Source: Candidatus Woesearchaeota archaeon CG1_02_57_44 (GTDB lineage Archaea > Nanobdellota > Nanobdellia > Woesearchaeales > CG1-02-57-44). From it: DNA of 42,690 nucleotides. The notes below the pieces were generated by a model. The model made no database searches. It was not told the DNA's origin and was given only the letters and a program-made list of their open reading frames with translations. The translations under genes and the position numbers were made by a program. The stretch lies in contig MNWW01000002.1 of the NCBI GenBank assembly GCA_001871415.1, forward strand, positions 1 to 42,690, read 5' to 3'. Of this stretch, positions 9,376 to 17,967 are shown piece by piece (the first letter of the stretch is position 1; the number at the start of each line of letters is the position of its first letter).

Positions 9376-9952
9376 GGCTGATGCGCTTATCTACCATCAG
9401 GTCCGGTGTCGCTGTGTCAACCACCAGCGGGGAGCCGACCATCGGGATGAGACTTACCTTGATGCTCTCGCCCTCAAGCACTTCTCTTGGCGCGACAAAG
9501 CATACCTGCACCACATCTCCTTTCGTGAGATAGCCGCTCTTGTTGTTGGTGCCGGTGATCTGATACTTGATGCCGAAATCTCCACCCACTACCAGGCTTG
9601 TTGAAGTGTCGCAGTCATACGCTGATGCGTACTCATAGTCAGCAGATGTGTTGTCCAGATTCATGCTGAGCAAGGTATCGCTAAAGCGGATCTCGTCAGA
9701 ACCCGAGGCCAATTTAATGGTCATGTACATGAAATTGACAGACTGGTTGGTTCCGTCCTCGCCATACAATTCGACTGCGCTGAGGCTGGTTCCTACTTCC
9801 TGTGTGGTGGCTTTGCCTGTGGCAAGTGCCTTGTTTTGCAGGGTTCCTGTGGTGCTGATGAGCACGCTTGCGGCGACTGCTGCCACAAGAATCATGGCGA
9901 TGAATATAATCAATGTTCCCATTCCCATCTCTGCCTTTCGTTGCCAATGCAC
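9365..9952 (-). CDS. flaB: archaellin (A7)
   Basis: GTG start after [20 protein letters not shown]. Confidence 0.92.
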   Translation of the reverse strand: MHWQRKAEMGMGTLIIFIAMILVAAVAASVLISTTGTLQNKALATGKATTQEVGTSLSAVELYGEDGTNQSVNFMYMTIKLASGSDEIRFSDTLLSMNLDNTSADYEYASAYDCDTSTSLVVGGDFGIKYQITGTNNKSGYLTKGDVVQVCFVAPREVLEGESIKVSLIPMVGSPLVVDTATPDLMVDKRISLYP

Positions 9953-10045
9953 CCCATATCACCTCAATTGGTTTACCAGTTCCATTTCGACAAATACTGC
10001 CATTAACTACCATTATACTATACTGCTCTACTCTGGCACACGTGG

Positions 10046-10061
10046 TATATATACTTTTTGG
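10046..10061 (-). promoter_or_regulatory. BRE-TATA promoter for archaellin A7
   Basis: Minus strand CCAAAAAGTATATATA. Confidence 0.55.
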
Positions 10062-10197
10062 TTTTCAAGCGATAGAGCGATACCTTGGATATGCCTTCGT
10101 ACTGGTCCAATTGACAAATGAATTTACCAATGTGTCCATCGTGGTATTCGCTTTTGAGAACCTGTTGCAGAATAGTGTCCTGACAATGGGCTCTGCG

Positions 10198-11874
10198 CTA
10201 TCCAAGCATGCTGCCAAATCCCGGGATGATGTTTTGCGTTGCTGCGGGGATGACGACGCTCAGTACTGCGCCTATCCAGAGCATGAAGACCAAATCTATG
10301 AAACTCGCGGATAACATACCGCCGTCTACCAACTTCACAATGACGCTAGAGATGACGCTGTGTACGATAATAAGGATGCCGATGAGCAGCAGGACCCTGT
10401 CCATATTCGTTGCGGCAAGGTTCGGCGAGATGCCTCCGAGCACATCCTGCATATTGCTCGCTCCTTGCATGGGCGAGGAAAAGACTCCTCCGATGATTTC
10501 TGAAATTTTTGCTGTGACATAGATGGACGCGGAGAACCCGACCAGCGACCCATACAGGGCGCCTTTGAGGCCTGATGCGAGCTGCAGTCGCTGCATGCGC
10601 AAGGATACAAGCCTCTGAAAGTTCCTGCTGACTATCTCTCCCACCTTCTCTCCATCGCCTCCGAGGTAGATGGATTCGCTGAAAATCTTGCTGAAGTGCT
10701 GGATAAGGTGGCTTCCGGACTCTCCTGCGAAAAACAGCCAGCATTCGAATTTCTCAGATCCGACACGAAGCCTGCGATACAGATTGTGCATCATATCATT
10801 GATGGGTCCGAAGTCGTGCACCAGGATGATTTTCAGGCTGCTGAGCATCGCGCCATTACGCGCGCGTACAGCTGAACCAAGTGATCTGACAAAAGCCGGA
10901 AAGAAGGTGTCTCGGCGGAGTACATCCTGCTCTTCCCGCGTGGCCAGCCATCCTGGAATAATCAACGGTGTCGCACCAATAGCGACGCCGACCAGGAATG
11001 GCAGTCGGGTAAAAAATACAAGAATTATCAGCAGTATGGCTGAGATGGGCGCTGTTATCAGGACTGTCAGACGCACTTTTCGCATGCCGGGGTCTTTGAC
11101 TTGCAGGTTATGGCAGATCTTGTCAGCAGGAACGAGCGCTTTGACCAGGAACAATATGACGCCGTCGATGACGACGATGGTGAGGATGGCGTACTGAGCA
11201 ATGACTTCCAGACTGATGCCCATGAGTAGTGGCATCAGCAAAGAGATGCTGAGCATGAACGCTATAGCCACGGTCAGCGAGGTGAACAGGCTTTCTATCA
11301 TCCTGATGCTTTCCAGGCTTTTCTTGTACTCTAGCTCATACGCGTCCATGACCGCGTCCTGTTCTTCCAGCAGGAATGTTTCGATGTCCTGGCCAAAGTC
11401 CATGGCGACCGCGAAGCGGTCAAGAAAATCCGCGAATGCCTCGCTTGGTGAGAGCGCGCCAATCCGCTTGCATGTTTTGGGAAACCCCATGGTCCATTTC
11501 TTGGCGAGATAGAAAATTTTTTCCGCTATCTTGGATATCTCGCCAAACGCGCGCTTGCTGGCTATAAGGCGGAACAACACGGTCCTGTTGATTTTCATGG
11601 TGCTGACTGTGCCAGCGTAGGTGATGAAGAAATGCAAGTTGCCGTCAATGTCTGTTTTCTTGTTGAGAAACAGACCAAATGGATAGACAATCATGAACAA
11701 TGTGCCAAGGACGAGAGGTATTGCTGCCAGGGAGCGGGTGATGGGAATGAACGCGAATACGACAGCGCAGGCGATACTGGTGCCCAGCGTGGGTAGGGCG
11801 AACTTGAGCAGATATTCTGACACGGACAGATACCCTAAAGTCGCTATTGCTCTGGAAAGGTTGAATCGTTTCAT
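10198..11874 (-). CDS. flaJ: archaellum membrane platform protein FlaJ/ArlJ
   Basis: 558 aa multi-TM GspF/TadC-like protein; FADFLDRFA, RRLRVG, FAGESGSHLI, GEIVSRNF motifs; follows flaI. Confidence 0.93.
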   Translation of the reverse strand: MKRFNLSRAIATLGYLSVSEYLLKFALPTLGTSIACAVVFAFIPITRSLAAIPLVLGTLFMIVYPFGLFLNKKTDIDGNLHFFITYAGTVSTMKINRTVLFRLIASKRAFGEISKIAEKIFYLAKKWTMGFPKTCKRIGALSPSEAFADFLDRFAVAMDFGQDIETFLLEEQDAVMDAYELEYKKSLESIRMIESLFTSLTVAIAFMLSISLLMPLLMGISLEVIAQYAILTIVVIDGVILFLVKALVPADKICHNLQVKDPGMRKVRLTVLITAPISAILLIILVFFTRLPFLVGVAIGATPLIIPGWLATREEQDVLRRDTFFPAFVRSLGSAVRARNGAMLSSLKIILVHDFGPINDMMHNLYRRLRVGSEKFECWLFFAGESGSHLIQHFSKIFSESIYLGGDGEKVGEIVSRNFQRLVSLRMQRLQLASGLKGALYGSLVGFSASIYVTAKISEIIGGVFSSPMQGASNMQDVLGGISPNLAATNMDRVLLLIGILIIVHSVISSVIVKLVDGGMLSASFIDLVFMLWIGAVLSVVIPAATQNIIPGFGSMLG

Positions 11875-11979
11875 GAGGGCTCACTGCTCTTGTCCGCCGC
11901 CTGGTGGTTTCGCGCAATACATCGCGGCGTTGAGGGGAATCTTACCAAGCTTCCTCTTCGGGGGCGGGTCTAGAGGGGA

Positions 11980-13605
11980 CTAGACCTTGAAGGGGAGCGC
12001 TTTGACGCCCCCGAAGTGGTAGAGCTTGGTGATCTTCCAGACATCGTAATAATTGAATATCTTCTCTTCTACCATACGCCTGATGATGTTCGCGCGCAAT
12101 GTCAGTTCATCGTATATCTTCCTTGGATCAGCGTAGCCCTGGGCCATGGCTATCTTCTGCTCGAGGATGTAGCTGTTGAACATGCCCCGAAAGTTGTGCA
12201 CATCGTCCTGCGCGTTCCAGTCAAAGACGGTCCTGGTAATCATTTTCTTGAGGGGCTCATAGTAGCGCTCGATCTCCGTGAGGCTGACAATGCGCCTTGC
12301 CATACTGCCATGCAGGCGGATAGCGAGCTGGATGAGCACCAGGTTGAGGTTGTCAACAAACGTGATGGGGACACTAATGGGATGGCCCGTGATACGCTGT
12401 ATCATACTGGTGGGACTTGCCGCGTGAAACGTGCTGAGTACGGGGTGGCCTGTCTGCATGGCCTGGAAGGCGATACTGCCTTCTTTTCCGCGGATCTCTC
12501 CCACAATGATGTAGTTGGGGCGTGACCTGAGGGCCGCGGCCAGCAAGTCATCGTAGGTGACATCAGAGCTTTTTCCGGCTTCCCTGGTGAGCAGGTGCTG
12601 CCACACATCATGGGGCAGCTTGACTTCTGGTGTGTTCTCTACACTGTAGACTTTGTCGTCTGGTTTGATGAAGGTGCAGATGGCGTTGAGTGTGGTGGTC
12701 TTGCCTGAGGCGGTCTCTCCGCAGATGAACATGTTCATGCCGTTTTCCAGGGCGATCCAAAGGTATGCGCCCAGTTCGGCGCTCATGGTGCCCCAATTGA
12801 CGATCTGCGGAACGCTGGTGGGTACATCGGAAAACTTACGCAATGTGAAGCTGCTGCCTTCCAGGCTGATGTCTCTGCCGTAGATGAAGTTGGCGCGGCT
12901 GCCATCGGGCATCATGGCGTCTACCACGCTATGGGCGTCTGATGTTGGGCGCTCGACGCGCTCGGACACCTCGACGATATAGCGGTTGAGCTCCAGATCA
13001 TCACGGAAGATGACGCTGGTGTAGACCAGGCCGAAGATCTTATGGACGGTCTTGATGGCGCCAACACCCGTGCAGTGGACGTCCTCCAGATACGGGTCTT
13101 TGAGGATGGGATCAATCTTGTGAAATCCTATCCTGTTGCGTATCAGGAAGTACTTGATGAGCTCGAACTGCTGAGGGGTCATGACTACTTTGCTGCTCAA
13201 TCCTGCTTTAGCGCCGCTTTCTGTGACCTGGCAGACCTTCTGGAGCAGCTCTATCAGGATCGGCTCGATTTTGTCCAGTTTTTCCGGGACTGGCAGGCTA
13301 TGGGCTATCTCGATGAGCTTGTCCATGACCCTCTCAAAGAGCTTCTCGTCTTCAGGCTCCATGACTGGCTCAATGGCATAGTACTGGACCTGTCCGAATT
13401 CGTTCTTGTAGATGTGGATGAAAATAGGATCCCCCACTGGATAGATGAGGTTGGGCATCTTCATGCTCTTCATTTCCCGGCCCAGTTCAGGGTAAAACTC
13501 AGGTACTCCTCTCTCAGCGGCAATAGACTTGAGATATTTTTCTACATGAGGAAACTTCTTGCGAGCTTCGTCCAGATTCTTTGTGATGACTTTTTCCATG
13601 CCCAC
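11980..13605 (-). CDS. flaI: archaellum assembly/motor ATPase FlaI/ArlI
   Basis: NLIYPVGDPIFIHI N-terminus, GETASGKTT Walker A, RSRPNYIIVGEIRG, FQAMQTGHPVLSTFHA. Confidence 0.96.
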   Translation of the reverse strand: MGMEKVITKNLDEARKKFPHVEKYLKSIAAERGVPEFYPELGREMKSMKMPNLIYPVGDPIFIHIYKNEFGQVQYYAIEPVMEPEDEKLFERVMDKLIEIAHSLPVPEKLDKIEPILIELLQKVCQVTESGAKAGLSSKVVMTPQQFELIKYFLIRNRIGFHKIDPILKDPYLEDVHCTGVGAIKTVHKIFGLVYTSVIFRDDLELNRYIVEVSERVERPTSDAHSVVDAMMPDGSRANFIYGRDISLEGSSFTLRKFSDVPTSVPQIVNWGTMSAELGAYLWIALENGMNMFICGETASGKTTTLNAICTFIKPDDKVYSVENTPEVKLPHDVWQHLLTREAGKSSDVTYDDLLAAALRSRPNYIIVGEIRGKEGSIAFQAMQTGHPVLSTFHAASPTSMIQRITGHPISVPITFVDNLNLVLIQLAIRLHGSMARRIVSLTEIERYYEPLKKMITRTVFDWNAQDDVHNFRGMFNSYILEQKIAMAQGYADPRKIYDELTLRANIIRRMVEEKIFNYYDVWKITKLYHFGGVKALPFKV

Positions 13606-13632
13606 TACCCTGCCATGATGCCCGTCTGCGGC

Positions 13633-14376
13633 TCAGCTTGCGCTGGTGATTTCCATGACAATGCCGACTCCTGCCCTGACGCGAAACGCGATGTTCTCCT
13701 CCACATCAGATACCGCCCCGTTGAAGCGTTCTACTCTGATGAGTTTGGTCACCGTGCCAAAGCGCTCTACCGTGCCCAATTTCATATACACTTCTGAGAC
13801 GCTCTTGAGCAAGGTCGAGTAGGTGTTGTCATATTGCTCAGGGTCGATGGTGAAGATGATGCTCTTGTCCTGGCTGGTGACTTTGCGAAAGAACTTGATG
13901 ACCTCAAAGGCCTCCTTGAGCGACACATCATCAGGCACTATCCACCCATTCAGGGAATCGAAGATGATGACGTCGCTGTGAAACAGCTCTTCCATGCGTA
14001 GCCGTGAAAGAACGCTCCTGCCCACGTTAGTATCACCTACATACGGGAAGACTGACACGAAATTCAGCTGGCCGGTGACCAGCGCGTCATTGATATCGTA
14101 TTGCAATGATTTCATCTGATTGACGAAGCTCGGCAATGACAGCTCGGTGCTGACATAGGTGACTGAGACGCCGTGGCATACCAGACCATAGCAGAAGCGC
14201 TGGGCGATGATGCTCTTGCCAAGCGCGTTGCGGCCTTCAACTAGCATAAAACCATTCTTTGGCAAGCCTCCGCCGAACTTGTTGTGCAGTTCATCCTTGC
14301 GGATGCGGATGGGGAATACTCCTGAGGGTGCGGCAATCTGACTTGGATCCGGAACCTGTAATGCTGCTTCTGCCAT
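13633..14376 (-). CDS. flaH: archaellum RecA/KaiC-like protein FlaH/ArlH
   Basis: DELHNKFGGGLP, GRNALGKS, YVSTE, IIFDS, FRVRAGVGIVMEI. Confidence 0.93.
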   Translation of the reverse strand: MAEAALQVPDPSQIAAPSGVFPIRIRKDELHNKFGGGLPKNGFMLVEGRNALGKSIIAQRFCYGLVCHGVSVTYVSTELSLPSFVNQMKSLQYDINDALVTGQLNFVSVFPYVGDTNVGRSVLSRLRMEELFHSDVIIFDSLNGWIVPDDVSLKEAFEVIKFFRKVTSQDKSIIFTIDPEQYDNTYSTLLKSVSEVYMKLGTVERFGTVTKLIRVERFNGAVSDVEENIAFRVRAGVGIVMEITSAS

Positions 14377-14504
14377 GGGATTGTTGCCGCTCTATTGATT
14401 ATGGGCTGATTGGTGGCGGACTCTTCGTGCCCCTGTCGCCTATTGAAGGTTGGACGTGGAAAACTTCACGGTCGGGATTCCGCGCCTCCCGACTGAAATC
14501 ATCA

Positions 14505-14969
14505 TCATGCGATACTAAAACTGTCAAGATCCTTTCCTCCATACTGCGTGGTCACCGTGACCGTGTGGGTACCCGCGCCGATATGATCATAGACAATGGC
14601 CTGGGCGCTCTCATCAGGGTCCCAGATGCCCGGATTGACCAGTTCGGTGTCATTGAGCACGGAGAGGTTTCGGGCGGTCGTATTGCGTAGGTAGCGTAGT
14701 CCATCAATGAACACGTCTGTCAGATTGACCGTGAGCTTGGTCTTGCCGCTGTTAAGGATGGTGATCGTAGTATAGTTATGGGTCGTATTGTAATTCACAT
14801 TAGTGATGGTTATATCTGTCTTAAGATTGCTGGCCATCAGATCCTGACGAACACCAAGCGCTGCGCCTGATTCCGTTATATAGCCTTTGAAAAGGATGGC
14901 GACCGTGGTCGTCACGGAGAGTAGTGCGATAAAGAGAATCAGGTGCGATGCCACATTGCCGAATCCCAT
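14505..14969 (-). CDS. flaG: FlaG/FlaF-like archaellum stator protein
   Basis: MGFGNVASHLILFIA N-terminal TM, KTDITI, NSGKTKL, DVFIDG, WDPDE; ATG 14969 has an upstream GAGG. Confidence 0.8.
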   Translation of the reverse strand: MGFGNVASHLILFIALLSVTTTVAILFKGYITESGAALGVRQDLMASNLKTDITITNVNYNTTHNYTTITILNSGKTKLTVNLTDVFIDGLRYLRNTTARNLSVLNDTELVNPGIWDPDESAQAIVYDHIGAGTHTVTVTTQYGGKDLDSFSIA

Positions 14970-15060
14970 CCTCAGGTCCCTCTCGTCATGTTCATTGTGT
15001 TCATCTGCCCGAGCCCTGCAAAAGCGGTTATTCGGTAATCCCAAATAAGCAGACCAATGG

Positions 15061-15108
15061 CTTATATATTTTTCGGTTTTACCGAATTACTGGAGAAAAC
15101 CTTATATA
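15061..15108. promoter_or_regulatory. back-to-back promoters (flaG operon / regulator) with central palindrome
   Basis: Minus CCGAAAAATATATAAG, plus GAAAACCTTATATA; TTCGGT-TTT-ACCGAA (15072-15086) between them. Confidence 0.6.
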
Positions 15109-15130
15109 GCCAATCATCACCCACCGCTGT

Positions 15131-15706
15131 ATGGAAGGCTGCGTCTCCTACAATCGCAAGAGCTTCGAGCTGCTGGATTTCCTGCCTTCAGACATGGACG
15201 CAGGGCTGAAAAGCACTATCAACCAGTATTGGCACCAGCGCATTGCCCGTGAGATTCTCATAGCGCTCAGTAGCGCCGAGGAGATACCCATGTCGCAGCT
15301 GCGCGACCAGATAGGTCACAGCGCATCGACGCTACATGAGAATATCAAGCGTCTACAGGAAGTGGGTCTCATTGAGGCTGAGATGAGCTTCAAGGGCAAC
15401 AAGCAGCTGCTGCTGCGGCCACGCGTCATCTTTGTGTCAGACAATCCGAAGGTGGCGGCCGCGTTCCAGAAATTCTTTCAGGGACTGTTTATTGACACCA
15501 ATGCCACTAAGATTGTCCTCGCGTTCCTCAACGAGAACCCTGACAAATTCTTCACCTCAGCGGAAATAAGCTCAAGGACCAATATGCCAAAGACGCAGGT
15601 GGAAATAGCGCTCTCAAACTTGGAATCCCCGATTACGCGCGCCTACTCAACGTTCTACCGCTCCGCACCATTTGAGAAGCAGATTAGCTATCGCATCCGT
15701 AAATGA
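15131..15706 (+). CDS. ArsR/winged-helix transcriptional regulator with two HTH-like units
   Basis: MSQLRDQIGHSASTLHENIKRLQEVGLI and FTSAEISSRTNMPKTQVEIALSNL. Confidence 0.8.
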   Translation: MEGCVSYNRKSFELLDFLPSDMDAGLKSTINQYWHQRIAREILIALSSAEEIPMSQLRDQIGHSASTLHENIKRLQEVGLIEAEMSFKGNKQLLLRPRVIFVSDNPKVAAAFQKFFQGLFIDTNATKIVLAFLNENPDKFFTSAEISSRTNMPKTQVEIALSNLESPITRAYSTFYRSAPFEKQISYRIRK

Positions 15707-15839
15707 GTCGATATTCTGTGAGTGAGTGGATTGTTTTTATCTAGATTGCCACTGCATCGTCGATTATGTGGTCTCTCATCGATTATGTCATCTGCTATCG
15801 TCTCTTTAGCAAGTTTACAGCATACCGCCCCGGGCATGC

Positions 15840-17900
15840 TTAGAGCATACCGCGAAGCAATGACATGTCCTGCGCGAGCATCTGGAGCATGTGAGCCGCG
15901 TCTCGAGCACCAGCTATGCTTTGAGCGAGGTCAGGCATAGCCAGAACGCCTCCTACCCACAAGGAAAAGTCATTTCGCTGTCCGGTGACATGATGTTGAA
16001 ACGCTTCAGGCCTCATGCTGCCAAGCCCATGGGCTAATTCCAGGAGATTGCGCACGCATATCCTGTCACAGGTCCAGAACGCGCGCTCGGGAGCCGCTTC
16101 TTCGAGCAGTCGCATGACCTGCCGGAGGAATTCCTGCTGCTGCTGGCGAGGTACTGATAGATCAACAATGCTGGTGGCATTGGCCCAGGGGTTTTGGCCT
16201 TGAAGCACCTGTAGGACCAGGGTGGACCTGTTGTTGATCGCCAACAGCGCTGCCTGCCTTGTTGTGGTGCTTTCAAGTGCTCTTCCCAGTCCTGGCAGAT
16301 GCAAGCTATTAGACACCCAGGATGAAAAATCGCCGTGTTGCTGGTGGCCTTGGTATGTTGCCTCATCCAAAGACTGGATGCACTGCGCCAGTTCCAGCAC
16401 ATTGCGGACACAGGTGCCATTGACCGTCCAGAATGCGTGCTCCTGCGATGTCTCGTGCAGCAGCAAGAGCAGTTCTTGAATAAAGCGTTTCTGCTGCTCC
16501 GCTGGCAGCCGGGGAAGCAGCAACTGCAACTCCTTTGCGACAGCCTCTTGCTGGCGTAGCTCCTGCATGGTACGGTCCAGCAGAGCATTGCGCTCTTCCT
16601 CTGGCAGTTTGGCCAACAGACGGGTAAGGGTTTCATTGTCGCTGGCGGGGTTTGCTGCAGCGCCAGCCGCAACGGTCGTAGGTTGCCCGAACACAGGAGG
16701 AGTAGGCACCTGCACTGCGGCAGCAGTGATAGGCATTGGTTGCGTTGTAGCCTGAGGCGCAGGTGGCATCCCAGAAGGCGCACCTGTTTCGTTACTCGTC
16801 GTGGATTGCGAAGTGAGGGACTCTTTAGGTCGAAGGTCGCCCGCTCTTCCAATCATGGTCTGGTTGCTGGTCATGGATTCCATTATTTCGGATGCGCCAG
16901 ATGTATTGACCGTGGTGGAAGGATTCCTTGGCGTATCCTGATCTTGCAGCACACGGGGTATCTCGGGCATCACCGATATGGGTTGCGGCGCAGACTTCGG
17001 CGTATCTGCTGTCAGGTTATCAGCAGCTGTCGCAATGCTCGTCTCCGAGCCCTCGTCAGCATCAGGTGCAGTCCTTGATGCCTTATCGATATCAGGATTT
17101 CCAGCAACTCCTGCAACCACCGGCTCGACTGAAGCTGTAGGTCCGCTGATTTCTTTGGCGTGCAGGGATGCGATGGCATCCTCCAATTTGGGAATGGCTA
17201 TCTCCTCTGATGTATGCTCGACAGGATGCGCTTTTTGTGGAGAGCCGCCTAGTAGGTCCTTAGCGCCCCTGACAAATTCCTCTGACCTCTGAGCGCTATG
17301 TGCAGTGATGGCCGCCTCCTGGGTCTGTTTTGTGATGGAATCTTCGATACTGATAGACGCTGTTCCTGTCGATCCACCTGCTCCCGACGCATTGTTACCA
17401 GGCACGTGTATGCCTTCTTGCGGAGGCGCTGCACTAGCCTGCTGCCGCTGCTCAGCTGAGTGATTGGCGCTGCTGTGCCCATTGGTCTGCTCATCCACGA
17501 AGGGATTGAATTTATTCGTTATGAGTTCATACAGTCTGGTGAATTTTTCCAAAGAAGCCTCTATCTTGTCGATGCTCTTGAACTTCTCCTGCAGCGACAC
17601 CATGTCAATATCACCGCTGCTTTGCTTGGCCGCATCATTGACCTTCTTTTCCAGCGCTGCGACTTTGTCGTTCAGCGTATCATGAAGTTCCTTCAACTGG
17701 TCTTCTATCACTTGTAGTAATTGCTCTTCATGACCAGAACTCTCTTCCTGTTCATCAGCAGGAGCATCCGCAGTCTCTCCGGATGCAGCTTCAGCAGGGG
17801 CTTTGGCGTCCACTGCAGGCGCGCCAGGCACAGCTCCCGCAGGTCGTGCTTCTGGTTCTTTTTTTCGGCCTTTCAGGAAGGAAAAGCCTTTGACTGCCAT
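15840..17900 (-). CDS. FlaC-like archaellum accessory protein fused via long low-complexity linker to two DUF5752-like domains
   Basis: Coiled coil ending in LYELITNKFNPFVD (FlaC signature); two repeats of AFWT-x2-G/R-x-CVRN-x-LEL...H...DFS-x-WV. Confidence 0.8.
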   Translation of the reverse strand: MAVKGFSFLKGRKKEPEARPAGAVPGAPAVDAKAPAEAASGETADAPADEQEESSGHEEQLLQVIEDQLKELHDTLNDKVAALEKKVNDAAKQSSGDIDMVSLQEKFKSIDKIEASLEKFTRLYELITNKFNPFVDEQTNGHSSANHSAEQRQQASAAPPQEGIHVPGNNASGAGGSTGTASISIEDSITKQTQEAAITAHSAQRSEEFVRGAKDLLGGSPQKAHPVEHTSEEIAIPKLEDAIASLHAKEISGPTASVEPVVAGVAGNPDIDKASRTAPDADEGSETSIATAADNLTADTPKSAPQPISVMPEIPRVLQDQDTPRNPSTTVNTSGASEIMESMTSNQTMIGRAGDLRPKESLTSQSTTSNETGAPSGMPPAPQATTQPMPITAAAVQVPTPPVFGQPTTVAAGAAANPASDNETLTRLLAKLPEEERNALLDRTMQELRQQEAVAKELQLLLPRLPAEQQKRFIQELLLLLHETSQEHAFWTVNGTCVRNVLELAQCIQSLDEATYQGHQQHGDFSSWVSNSLHLPGLGRALESTTTRQAALLAINNRSTLVLQVLQGQNPWANATSIVDLSVPRQQQQEFLRQVMRLLEEAAPERAFWTCDRICVRNLLELAHGLGSMRPEAFQHHVTGQRNDFSLWVGGVLAMPDLAQSIAGARDAAHMLQMLAQDMSLLRGML

Positions 17901-17967
17901 ATGCTACCCCCTCTTTTTTTACCATACAGGTGCCTGCCCCCGCATGCACCAGGCTATGTTGCCACTC

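Noticed and set aside
4272..9952. Diversity-generating retroelement or invertase shufflon acting on archaellins
   Set aside because: No reverse transcriptase or recombinase in the window; all copies are co-oriented and differences are not adenine-specific
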